Notes under the pieces: model-generated | The model's input: only the letters and a program-made list of their open reading frames with translations | Told to the model about the DNA's origin: nothing | Database searches by the model: none | Program-made: the position numbers and the translations under genes | Assembly (NCBI GenBank): GCA_051362555.1 | Contig: CM120640.1 | Span: 3,720,001-3,784,000 of the forward strand | DNA length: 64,000 nucleotides | Direction: 5' to 3' | Origin: Lingula anatina | Taxonomy: Eukaryota; Animalia; Brachiopoda | Shown here: positions 27,401 through 40,122 of the stretch, piece after piece | Layout: each line of letters opens with the position of its first letter | How positions within the stretch are numbered: position 1 is the stretch's first letter

Positions 27401-28945
27401 ACTTCTTACAGAAGAACACAATAGAAAAGAGTGGGTAGATTACTTTGCCCATAACCTATTATACTGATTACAAGCATTGATGAAAAGTAGTTTACAGAAA
27501 TTATTTAGCCTTGTTATCATAAAAAATATAGCCTACACGATATAATTTATCTACCCTACTAATAATAGTTATATTGCATAACGGACAATTACGAAGATAC
27601 ATTTACTACTTTTCATAAAAATGCCATGCCTACAGGCAAAATTTACAATATCAACCTTTTCTCTTACCGTTGTTCACATTGGTGTCATGAACATAATTTA
27701 TCCATAGTTCTACATCAGTAACTTTGCAGTAGTGGCTATTTTGCCTGAGAATCATGCCTGTGGTTTAGAGGAAACGGCACCTAATGAGAAGCTAGATGAG
27801 TGGCTGGAGAGAAAAACTTGCATTGTATCGAGTCTTTTCATTTACTGATAGATATTTTTATTTTATTCGATCGTTTTCATTTATTTATGTTATCATTTGT
27901 TAAAGACATTAAAATGTAGAAGGATATATATTATTCTGACGCTGTTAATTCTTGAATGACATTGTAGCACTGTCGTAAACGCACGAATTGGAACTTGGAC
28001 AAATAAAAAGTTTAATTCGTCCAAGCATGGAATAAATAAGGGAAAATTGAACAGTCTTAACAACATATATGGCGTGGATTGTAGTGATGCAAGGAGCGAT
28101 ACCTTTGTCCAGTTTAAAAGATAAAGACTACAAAAAACGATTTCTTTATTTTATTTATTTATAATTAATTATTATTATTATTTCCCCGAAAACAATTGAA
28201 GAAAAGCCTTATATCAAAAAGTTGCAGATAAAACCAAAACGATGATATTAAAGAAAATGTACAGATATGGTTCTGCAGTTCTTTACTGTAGCTACACAAA
28301 GGGTTAAGGCCTTTGCACTTGGAGGTGATGAACTGGAAACCGAAGAAGGCGTTTTTGTCCCCCCCCCCCCCCCCCAAAAAAAAAATAAAAAAATAAAAAG
28401 TTAAAAGAAACTACTCACGCCATATGGCAGATATTGCAGATCAAGAGTGCTCGGAAAACCAAACTGTAAATGCTGAGTAATCATATTTCATAAGACGAGT
28501 GCCTGGTTACAGTGATTTTGTTTTAACTATTGCCGATTGTTGATGTGGGCAATGTGGCTTGGCGATGGGCTGACCACGTCGAAGCCCAAGGACCGTCATC
28601 GGACTGTTGAAATACTCTCAGCAATACACAGATCCTTGGATAATTTGAAATACACTGAAGCTTTTTGAACCAAAGGAAAGCGCGGTTTATTACAATGATG
28701 TGGGGAAGCATGTTTTTTGGTTTAAATATTTAATCGAAACACTGGGTTGTGTCGACCATTCGAAGTCGTGCACTGTGAAATAAATAGGTCAAATAAGTTT
28801 CGTCGACACGGTATTTATTCGATGTAAAGTATTTATTACTTCGTTAGCAGACCAATCCACATATGAATGTAACCGTCACGGCGGATGGATTAGAAAAATT
28901 GCACAAAACGATTTCCATTATGCCACGTGCATAAAGCGGGGAGCC

Positions 28946-29120
28946 CGGTGTAACGTGACAGAGTCCCGCCCATGATAGAGAGCCCGCTTCCCTTTGATTT
29001 GTACAGGTAAGCCTCGCCCTAGATTTTGAACCACTACGTCAGGCGAACCATTATCACTATAACTAAATCATAATGGAGGGCGTCTTTCTGTTACACGGGC
29101 ACTCGGTGTCGTTACACCTG
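28946..29120. mobile_element. Short TIR element (MITE-like)
   Basis: Inverted ends CCGGTGTAACG ... CGTTACACCTGG; a second, inverted copy lies in TPH intron 12. Confidence 0.75.
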
Positions 29121-30257
29121 GGCTAGTTTGCCCATTTAGACATAATGAGAATGAGTTGGACAACAAAACCGGTTTTAAAACGAGCGACAAGTATTTGGCT
29201 GCAGATGCAGCGCCAATGTTTTGCAAATGCAATGCCACATGGCTCACACTTTGACGAAAAACACACCTGATGTCAGGTGGGCATACTTACCCCGTTTGGA
29301 TAGTAGGCCCAAGAGTTGGGGAAAGCTGGCACAAACCTTTTTTCCGACCAACGTTTTCCTGGCATTGTCGGATATTATCACTTTATGTGATCAATTTATC
29401 TTGTAGGTAATTTTCAATAAATTAACAAGGGACCAACTTATCCTGGGGTTCAACTAGCCTCGGTCTCCCTATGCAAACAAACTGAACGTACTTGTTATGT
29501 TGCTGATTTTAAATATTTTTCTTGATATTCACCGCCTCTTATCGTACCTAATTGCCTACTTATCAAAAGACACTTCTAAAATACCTTTCACCTTATCTGT
29601 ATGTTTGCATAGTCCAATACTTCCACCCAAAAGCTCAACAGAGCTTCTGTTTTATTGTTTTGATATATGCCGATGGAATATTAAGTTGACTTGTTTTCCA
29701 TGTTCATAATGAGTGTCTGATAGTCACCATTTTGTTGCTCTGCGGTAGTGAAATGAGAAGCTGACCTTTGTCGTCCTAAACGGCCATATTGAAAATCCAT
29801 TACTAATTTTTACCTCTAGTAACCCAGCCTTGGTTTTGCCAATACGCTGCGATTCAAATCGACCCATATAATAATGTGTCATTGTATCCCAAGAGGCATC
29901 TGGACTGACGTTACAGCTATCGCTACAGTCGAGCTTTTTTCATTAAGATTGCATTTCAAAGATCTCAGCGTAAATCGGCGTTCTGCTATCCTTATGAATT
30001 TAAATTCATTAAGTTGGAAACGATCAGTCTTTGGTTAACGATATTATTAGTAAGCGGAATCTCCGGAATGTCTGAAAGAAAGCAGCTTTTAGCCAATTTT
30101 AAACGGCGTATTTGACTTATGCGGTCTGCCAATAATGTTGAATTTTCCAGTTGCCAATCGGAATCATTACTTTTGGAACATTGGATGTGTTTTTAATTAT
30201 TCGATAACTTCAACAAGAGGTAACGTTTATCGCGCAACATTGGTTACTGTTAGTTAA

Positions 30258-30584
30258 AGGGATAATAACTCTTCGTATGAGATCTATATTTCACAATAAA
30301 ATAACTCATAGAAATATAATATATTCTGTTTTACCACAAAAACGGCAGTTATAGCTATTATTCTGATATCTGAGCTTGTCTTTAGACCACGTGATCTCCA
30401 TTGATGGCTACAGTCTGTTAAAATCTCTTAAGAGATTTTAACAAAAAACCAAACTTTTTAGAAAAAAACCAGTGACTAACTTTGAATGTAAAAATGGATT
30501 CATTAACCATTGGTAAGTATGGGAAAATTGTTGTTTACTCCAGGAAAATTCATTTTTTGGCCGAAACGAAGAGTTATTATCCCT
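30258..30584. mobile_element. Non-autonomous Kolobok-like DNA transposon
   Basis: TTAA|AGGGATAATAACTCTTCG ... CGAAGAGTTATTATCCCT|TTAA: perfect 18-bp TIR, TTAA target duplication and AG..CT termini. Confidence 0.82.
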
Positions 30585-30732
30585 TTAAGTTGGCAATGCT
30601 CAACTGTTAGTTTCGTTAGTAAGGTTGTAATGGCACTCACTTCAGTTGTTTAGTTCAAACGTTATTACATTATAAAAGATGACTTACTTGATTTTTTTTT
30701 TCAAAACTAGAAACTTCAATCCGAAATATTGC

Positions 30733-33700
30733 GATGGCTGCACCACCATCTAGTTCGTCGAACGTCGTCAAAGTTGCCCCAAATATAGCGACGGTGAAGC
30801 CAATGAAGATTCCAGGGGGGATATCTACCACTACGTCTTCTACACAGAACATACAGTAAGTACATTTGTACACAGCACTTAATTCTGCACTGCTCTCTCA
30901 CACGCACGCAGACATACATATACAGTCATACCTAAGTAACAACTCTCGATATGTTTGATATGTGTTAGTTTACAATAAATTTAAAAAAATCATATTTCAC
31001 GTTGTCATTGGTTCCTTTTTAGGTCAATTCCTGCAATGAACAAAGCGGCTCCACAGAACGGGAACACGGAAGGACAATACATTAACGGAAACCTGTACCA
31101 GCTAGCTGTAGTCACCATTGATGGAGAGAAGAAGAGAATTCTCATTCCCGCACAAAGTATGAAAACCTTGAGTGGAACCCCTGTTCTCCTTTGTCAAAAG
31201 ACAAACCAGGGGTATAGATGTATGTCCGTGCCCGTGCCTTCTACTACGACCACAAAGACAACAAATACCCCCACACAAACGGGATATTCCCTCATTAATG
31301 CTCCGCAGCAGCTTACATCAGATGTATTTGATGCAAGTGCTCCAAACTTGCAAAAAAGTGTTTCGCGGTCTTTGTTGCCGTCATTTGACGCAAACAAAGT
31401 AAATCAAGGGTTAGCGTTTCAATCGGGATCACCGAATGATGTTGCTGCAACGCCAGTTTCAGTAGTTAATGGCTCGCCCAGCGCTACGTTACAAGGATTG
31501 TCAACAATCTCAGCCATTGACCATCTAAAAGATATTGTAAGTCAGGTCCAGAGGTCGGCTAGTCCTACAGTGCAACTAACACAACCTACTTCCACGGTAA
31601 AAATTGCGAACACACCCGTTCCCGTAGCTTCCAGTTCAAAATTTGTTAGATCTAATGTGACCGTTGTACAGCCTTTTATGGTCTCTGGGGCTAATAAAAA
31701 TACTGTGCAGCCCGGTGCCACTTCTCTGACTAATTTCCAAAGGTTGCAACAACCCATCTTAACTTTAATTTCAAAAGAGGCAAGTGCGCAGCCTTCAATA
31801 GCCCCTTTTCCTAATGCAACAAATAGCCAGCCTGCTGTGTCCTCTGTGACAAACGCAGCGTCCGTGCCCCAAAGAGTATTTATTGTGCCACCTGTGTCAT
31901 GTCAGAAAAGTGGACCAGGCATTGTCACTACAGTGTTGCCAGCCATTGTGACCACGGCTGCATCTCCAGCTGCACAGACCATAACATCTAGTGATGTTGC
32001 TGTTGAAAAAAATACCGCGCCAGCTGTTTTAAATCTGCTGTCTGCCAATAATTCCCAAACAAAATATTCTTTTGGGCAACAATTCCAGAGTAGCAACGGA
32101 CAGTCGTTCGTCCTGGTGACTAGACCCACCAGTTCTTGTGTGCAGCAAAGTCAGCGTACAAATACGTGTGTTGAAGCACCAGATGAACTGGATCAGACAT
32201 CAGCTTCGAACGCTCCAGACACTTGTCAAGGCGCCCTGGAATCGTCAAAGCCTTTGTTTCAAATTCAGGATGTTTACACGTTGAATTCTAGCAATATAAG
32301 TTCGGAACACGTGGCAAAGAAAACGGAACGGTGCAGCAAAGACGTTGCGAATAAAGGAACAGAAAGTGTTTCAGAACTAAACAGTGAACCGGAAACTGAT
32401 CCCGGAAGCCTGGATGAGTCAGAAGAAACCAACTCAGCTGATACAGAGTCTGACTATAGCGAAGATGCTTTCAAGGAAAAGTATAACGAAGATTTAAAGA
32501 GAGATGGTGACCAAGTTCAGACAACGGGAAAACTTCAGGTATTGCAAACTTCACAAGAAGATGACACGTGTAGTTTGAATTTGGACTGTGAAGACGTCTA
32601 TGACGAAGATACGGAGGATGGCGATCTTGAAAACGAAGATGATACATTGGGTAAAACAAATATGTTAACGACGATAGAAAATGAATCAAGCGAAATGCAA
32701 TCTCTGTCCAAGTCTGATGCGAGTGTTAGTGGCGCTTTTGAAAGAAATTCTCGTAATGTCATAGAAAATATTTATCTTGAAAACAACAATGAATTGAACG
32801 AAAATGAAAGTGAAATGGCTTCACTGTCAAAAGTTCATGGTTCAAATAATGAAGTAGCCGTAAAGTTTGACCGTATGAACAAAATGAAATCATGCAGTGT
32901 TAGCCTAAGAAGAGTCGTATTGCCAAAAAATCGATCTGCCTTTAGAACATGTGAAGTTGAACGCTTATCGGTATCCAAAGGTATTGGTGCGCCCGCAAAT
33001 AAACACATGGCAGTACAACAATGTTCAAATAACTTGGGCTCTGGAAAGTCACAAGTTAAACTTCAGGAAAACAAACATGGTTCCGCTGAATCTAAGAAGC
33101 AGACTGTATTTCAAAAGGTTCCAGTGACAACTGCCGCTTTGTCAAATGTTAAAATATTAACAGTGAATACCGACAAAACGACGGACACGGAAGCTAACCA
33201 AGCGTCACTTAAAGCAACTGGACCTACTCCAAAGGCTCCAGCTGGTAAAGAATGGGAAAGGTTTATTTTCTTCAAACTAAATGGGAAGGCTATATTGGTT
33301 CCAGTTAACAAAAAAACTGTTACCATGGCATCCAGTCCTGGCGCAAAGTCAATAATATGTCGCAATGGCAAATATTTTTTTCAAGGTAGCCCGGCGAGTG
33401 TGGGGAATCCTGAGAAATGCATAGTTCAAAACTCCAGTGTTGAGGCGTCCACGCACACAAAATATCCGGCGCCGACACTCCCTGTCGCTGCGGACCGTTT
33501 TGATTCGAAACCAAACCAATGCACAGCGTTAGCCGGCACAAGTCACAGTGCACTAAATATTCCGTCCGCAGAGGAATCGAATTCGCTTGAAACCACCGGT
33601 CAAAATTTACCAACATCAAATTTTAAGGTCAAATGTGAACCCACTACATATGGCTATGGCGACGAGGTTGCTCCTTCTACTTCCACTATGAATACTGTTA

Positions 33701-33957
33701 ACTACTCTACCGGCGAGCAAAACCAGCTCAGTGACATTGCCTTGAAAGCAGTTAAAACTGAACCAGAAGATTTTTATTTGGTGCCTAACAAAATTCAGAA
33801 AGTAGAACACGGTAACGGGTCGGTAATACAGGAGTTTCAAAGTGAGCGAATCAGAAAACTGAAAGAAAAATTACGCCAGCAAAATGAGGCTTTGGAAGAG
33901 TTGCGAAGAAAATTGAAGTCCAAACCAAGTACGGCTTTTGAGGATGATGACAGCTGA
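30733..33957 (+). CDS. ~1018-aa low-complexity, probably nuclear protein, LRIF1-like; 2 coding exons
   Basis: Exon approx. 30733-30854 (MAAPPSSSSNVVKVAP...QNIQ) splices in frame to 31023-33957, which contains the 973-aa ORF. Motifs: INGNLYQLAVVTIDGEKKRILIP, an acidic tract, KSCSVSLRRV, SUMO-consensus VKCE and VKTE, and C-terminal coiled coil SERIRKLKEKLRQQNEALEELRRKL. The CDS is solid; the family call is tentative. Confidence 0.8.
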
Positions 33958-34420
33958 ATCCACCCCGAAAAAAATTAAAAGCCTTGCTGGAAAAACGGCC
34001 GAATTTTGCTGTTAAGATGTGCTTTGCTTTCACATTGATTGGATTGTAAATTAACAGTAAATACGATTTTATACTTAAAAGAATGTAGTGTATTGTATAA
34101 ATGTTTAATGTTCAGCGAATATACTTAACATGTCTTTGATAGAAACAAGAAAGGTCCTAAACGTTGTTTTCACAAATGTAACTAGCTTTTAGCTCCTTGG
34201 AAAAAGCGTCTTGTACGTATAAATACCTTCTTACTTAAATGGTTTCTCTCAGTTTTCAAGTGAACATGTTCCACGCACGAAGACTTATTAGGAATAAATA
34301 CTATATCAGCAATCGTAAATTGAACGAAAATTGCCGTTTGTTGTTTTCACAGTGGCACAGACCTAATAACCTTACACGTTAAGCTTGTTGATTTGGCAGC
34401 ATTTGTGGTGATTTATCTAT

Positions 34421-34595
34421 GCCCGCATTCAGAACAGTGGACTAACTAGTCCACGGATCAAATATGGCGACCCACTATAAAGCTTGCCGTCTAATCCGTT
34501 AATAGACACTGAATAGATTCCCCGTGGGGAAGTATTCAAGTGGGTCGGCCATATTTGACCCTCGGATTAGTTAGTCCACTGTTCTGAATGCGGCC
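34421..34595. mobile_element. Palindromic MITE
   Basis: GCCCGCATTCAGAACAGTGGACTAACTAGTCC...AAATATGGCGACCCAC and GTGGGTCGGCCATATTTG...GGATTAGTTAGTCCACTGTTCTGAATGCGGCC form ~55-bp inverted arms. Confidence 0.82.
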
Positions 34596-35638
34596 TTTGT
34601 GTAACGATCTTTTTAGGCGTTTGGTAATTCAGTGGTAGAATATACTGCGTACGTTACACCAAAAACGTAATGAAATCGGTGCTAATTGTTACAATAAATG
34701 TATGATAATTTTTAGATCTCGTTTGTTCTCTCTTAAAAGAAAAAACAAAACAAAAATAAGGCTTCTAATCTCAAAATACAGCATCAGCTTATACAAAAGT
34801 TTGCAGAGGTCCGCTTTACACATTCCTTACTTTTTCCAGAACAAGATGGCGGCTGCAGTCCCCGTCTCTTTCCATGTTACAAGAAAACGCACGCATCCAT
34901 TCTTCACATAGGCTACCACTCCTGGGGGGTGGGGGAAGGGGGGCTCGCGTCTTTATAAAAGAGGAAAGGCAGACCTGTAACAAGCAACTAGGTTATTTAT
35001 CTGCAAAAAAAGAAAAAAAAGGACGTTTTTGCCACCATCATTGCCCTACTGGAGAAATGGCATTGCACCTGTAGATCAACTTTTCATATCGCAAACACAC
35101 ATTTCCCAGTTAGAAGTGCGGTTCTTTTGAAATCCACCTGCCTACAGACCTGGAAGTATTACAAAATCTTAAAAGTTGCAGATCAACTTGGAAGTCGTCA
35201 TTTTTAACCTTTGACTATAAGGCATTCCCATTATAGCGATACCCTCTACCTGGATCACAGATTGATTTTTCACGAGATATTCACAGATATGTCACTGGTA
35301 AAATTCACGGTTATTCTCTGAACGCAGCGATAATGTCCACATAATGATAACCGCGGCCCTGGTAGAGGGCAGTTTAGCGACAGGTGACACAAAGTTACAT
35401 ATCTTCTTCACCGGAGGGCTTACCAAGAGCAAACGCCAACAAGCTCCTTATTTGATTCAGTCAGTTACTGTAATGGTAGGAACACGCCATCACACACATC
35501 TTTGATGGAACTATAAGCGAATGATTGAAATTGATAGGAGGCGCATTTTAAGTTTGCATTGTTATAGGCCCTACTGTAGATCATCATTTATCAATTTTAT
35601 GGCCGTACTTTGTCTCGGAGAAATCACTTGTCGCTTAA

Positions 35639-36253
35639 AGGAATAACAACTTTTAATTTTGGCCAAAAAATGGATTTTCCTGGGAGAAAGGACAATTTTC
35701 CCGTAATTGCCAATGGTGAATGAATCCATTCCGACATTTAAAGTTAGTTCCCGTGTTTTTTTTTTCTAAAGACAGATTTAGAGGGGTTTTCTGACCCCCC
35801 CCCCCTTCGGTTTCTGAAAACTATATCACACCAATATTCCACTCTTGAAATTAGAACTTTGACTAACTGTATCATAGTTCTAAACCGTACCAAAGACCAC
35901 TGTTTGCCCTCCAAAACACCAAAAATTTTTGGGGCCCTTTGAGTAGACCCCGAACCCCACGCCAAGGGGTGATGGTCGGTTTCCCATCTGAGGCTTGGCG
36001 TAATCCTGGATCCGCCCCTGAAAAAAGTTTGCTTTTTTGTAATATTCTCTTTTAAGAGAATATTACAAAAACAGATTATTAATAAAACAGATTATTACAG
36101 GGTGTTCCCATCTATGTGATGGCAAGCATAAATTCCAGAATCATTGCGTTAACTGCCGTTTTGGTGGTAAAATAGAATTTATTATATTTCTATGGGTTGT
36201 TTATAATGTATTTATTATGAAACATGGATTTCATACGAACAGTTGTTATACCT
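35639..36253. mobile_element. Second, inverted Kolobok-like copy interrupted by a nested element
   Basis: TTAA|AGGAATAACAACT ... AGTTGTTATACCT|TTAA. Internal segments (TTGGCCAAAAAATG, GAATCCATT, AACTGCCGTTTTGGTGGTAAAA) match the reverse complement of 30258-30584. Confidence 0.78.
35771..36020. mobile_element. Nested GGATCCGCCCCTG-ended short element
   Basis: CAGATTTAGAGGGG ... CCTGGATCCGCCCCTG; absent from the 30258 copy; same end type as 51961-52047. Confidence 0.65.
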
Positions 36254-36617
36254 TTAATAAATGACATTGAAATGATATAATATCAGATTTACCACAACAG
36301 ATGCTTTGTTCTAGCTATTAAAAGATAATCATAATTTGTGAAACGTCGCAACTTCATCTGGTACTTCGTGTAACACTGACGTCAGCAATATTACAATAAG
36401 GGCTGAAGTTGTAACCCGACGTACTTAATATAATTTTTAAACCAGCTGATACTTGATGAGCAAATAAATTCACACGGGTGTGAAGAAGCTGCAGCAGCTG
36501 TCACATGGGGCGTGGATGCTTTTTATAAGACGGAGAGCACACACGAATGCAGTACACTGTCCTGGCTTCGAAGGGACTCGAGGTTTCCTCTGAATTGCCA
36601 TTATAAGCTGTCTCAAA

Positions 36618-38594
36618 ATGATTACTATTGGTATTGTACTTATTGGTTTATTCTACCAGACCCTCGCAGAGACAGAGTTCGTTAAGGAAAACAAAGGCAA
36701 GTAAGACATTCTGAGTTCGAAAGCAGAACAATGTATAGTTTGTTTCGATGTGGTTTGAAGCAATGCTTTTCTGAACGAAGAAAACATTTCGAAAACTGAA
36801 AACTATGATGCAGGATAAAGTGATTATAATGGGCCTTTCAAATTATTTTCGTCAATCAGCTCGATTGGAGAAGTATTCCTTGGTCTATTCATGTTTAAAC
36901 CGAGACTTTTTTACAACACACAGTCTACGATCAACATTTTGACGACGGTCGAATTTTTGAAGTGTCACCTGATTTTTTTACTGACATCTCTGGAGAAATG
37001 CCGAGTTTTATAATTCATATTTTGTTAATATTTTCCAGCGGTCCGCTGCTTTGACTGTAACTACAGCCCTTCTGGTTTTTACCCCAGTGGATACGAGAGA
37101 GGGTACGAGAGGTGCGCTCTGTCTACCTATGGGGACGCAGACTTCATAGATAAGTGGGAATGCCGCTCTGGTCGATGTTTTATACGCCAAGACAAAAATG
37201 GACGTAAGTGTTTCACTGAAATTTCTCATTCATTAAATTTACAGGTAAGTTTTAACCATTACGTTTCCTTTTTTAAATTTTCGTTTGAATCATATATGAT
37301 AATGTTCATTTCCACGTCACTTTGCCGAAGATTGTGAAAGTATATCTTTTGGCTGGCCCTTCAGCTTTTAGCTTTTAAGCTATTTCATTGCCATATGGTG
37401 CATTTTACTTAAGAAGAAGTTTAATTACTACAAACACATCACCTATGATGAATATGTGAGTTGGATAAACAACTGCTCTACAAGCTACTACCTGATGCAT
37501 TAGTTTCGGTTTGATTTTCAATACCTTCGACTTGTACATATGCCGTGTTTCTTGATTTTCATAATACCATTCTGGGGAAGAAGTAGGTTTTAACGCGCTT
37601 GAAAACTCAAGTCACTGAAGTCGCTTTAATTGGATTCATCACATGTATAACTCGTTTTAATTTGATTAATCCATTATATTAAACGGAAAAAGTAGTGTTT
37701 AAAATTGGTTTCCAAAATATAACGATCAGTATGCATCAGGATTTAAATGCAACTTCTTCTATGCAAATTCCCTTCTAGTCGTATTTCGTGGTTGCGCCGA
37801 TGAAGCTAACGTTCCGTATGGTGTAGACCCCACCAAAAGCTGCAGCACCCAAGGCCACGCCTACTGGTACTTTTGCTATGGCGACCTGTGTAATGATGGA
37901 CAGCTGGGGAACAACGTGTACGATAAATACACCGGGCAGCTCACCAAAGACGTATGCGGCTACGAACCTGACCAAAAGGAACAGCCACCATATAGTACGT
38001 TTCTGTCTTACTGTATCTGAAAAAATCCAGGTTTTCTAAATGTACCCGCTTTTTGCCCGTGTCTCGTGGGATGTGCTGGGTTCGCGACAGCTTATATACA
38101 ACTTTAAAATTGGTGAACACATTTTGAAGTTATATTTAAAAGAAGCAAAATGCAGCAGTCCTCTTTGAACCAGTGACGATGTTTTATCCTGCAGCTGTTG
38201 CAAGTTATGCGACGCATGTTTTACGGTTTAGTAATTAAATTCAGATTAAAAAATAATATAGCCGCCTCCCTTTGGCCTACTAGCGTGTTTACTATAGCAA
38301 CATCTGCACACTAAACTAGAATATGCACAGACTGTGTTCTATATTCCAGACCCGTGTGCTAAGAACAAGTGCCTGAAGAACCCCAGTGGTGTCTACGCAG
38401 ACCCTGACAACAAGGAGGGGTTTATCCAGTGTGGGTGTGGTCGTGACGGCTACGGGAAACCCTGCACGTGCTGCGTGCCTCTACGGCTCAGGTGCCCGTA
38501 CGGCACTGTGTTTGACGAGTACAACAAGGAATGCACCTCCCGATACAAGTATGAAGCGGAATATGAAAAGCAGAAACTCTTGAAAGAAGAATGA
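36618..38594 (+). CDS. Secreted 234-aa Cys/Tyr-rich protein: Ly6/three-finger-like domain + peritrophin-A (CBM14)-like domain, 4 exons
   Basis: Exons 36618-36696, 37039-37203, 37779-37994, 38350-38594 total 705 nt in frame, all introns phase 1. Signal peptide MITIGIVLIGLFYQTLA; VRCFDC...C...CRSGRCF...FRGC...SC...FCYGDLCN; then CLKNPSGVYADPDNKEGFIQC...CPYGTVFDEYNKEC. TATA-like TTTATAA near 36522; AATAAA at 38941. Confidence 0.85.
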
Positions 38595-39478
38595 AATGTG
38601 ACTTTGGATATTTCTTCAAGTTTATGATACACCTTTGTATAAAAAAAAGAATTCTTTTGAGTGAACTCGGATTGAAACTTTAAGAAAATTGGTAACTTAA
38701 GAACGCTGCTAAAGGTATTGCTGTATTCTTATATTGTTGGAGGCACTACCTCATTACGATTCCAGTATTCGATTACCATATCAAATCCAATTATAATGTA
38801 GACTCTGAGCAACGCCAGAGTAACGCAATGGCATTTTATATAAGACATCAACGGTCATTCATCATATCATTATTAAAGGTGACATGAATTCAATATAAGG
38901 TAGGACTTAGATTTATGGAATTTTCTGTGAAGATTTTAACAATAAATCTAAAAGTAATGTGGCGTACTATAATAATGATAATGAAAAGTAAATGAAGTTA
39001 GAATTTTTATCTTGTTTATTTTAATTGGTCTGTAGCTGTGAATTACGAGCGAGATCCCAAAAGTAACAGCCAATTCAGTGTATATACATGTCCTTGTGCA
39101 AAACAATCCGTCGCATACTATACAAATATACACTGACCTGTACTTAATCACAAATAAATAGAACTCTTTGAGAAAAGATATCACAGTTTGGCAGTGCAGC
39201 AGTAGTAGTTTCAGTTCTGCTGAAATGCACTTGTCTTGCAGTCAAATTACCAGAATACAACTAAATGAAGAACCCGTCAAAATATCTATATATCAAGTCA
39301 CGCACACCTTTCAGATGTGGCGTACCTGGTTAAATTGATAACAGATGACAGATACTTGAGACTTGTAATTCAAATCTTGACAAATGCCAGCAGGAAAGAG
39401 TTGTCCGTTTGTAGTGTAAGTCTGAACTATTTCCTGATCATTGTCTTTCTGCAACCTATGACTGATATCAAGTGGTGT

Positions 39479-40072
39479 TTAGTCATGAGGATAGAGGGCG
39501 CGTAGGTGCGGGCGTGGCAAATACTGGGCACCATCAAATCCCTCAAAATACTCGTCTATTCCAGGATGCAGGACCTGGGAGTAAGATTAAATAAAAACAG
39601 ATTACTAAAACTTTAAAAAAACTGAAAGAACATTTGTCACATTAAACAATTTTGGTGACCTGATATACATCACAAATCTATCTCAAATTTTTTTTAAATT
39701 AAATATGAAAAACAACTACATTGAGCAATAATTAAATAAGTTCAACTGTTTTCCGATTATTTTCTGATGCAAGAGTGCTTACTTTGGTATTGGACAGTAT
39801 TTCTATATTTTCTTGAGGCACATATGTGACTTGTGGCATCTCACGATCTCTCGTATCTACTAAGATTGCATAGTTTGGCATGTCTCTCCAATGCTGCATA
39901 GAAAAAACAATTTAACATAAAGTAAACAATGATATCTGGAAAACTAGCACAATATTAATTAAGACTAGAAATGTTTGGGACGTGTGGATATGTTTGGGAT
40001 GTGTGAGCATAATGTTGTCAACAAGATTACTCTAATATCTGCACAATTTGTCTTATCTCTTCACATACATAT

Positions 40073-40122
<50 letters not shown>

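Noticed and set aside
31194-33840. Antisense and alternate-frame ORFs inside the 973-aa ORF (similar ones at 56604-59338)
   Set aside because: They are shadows of long coding exons, with no independent motifs or splice structure.
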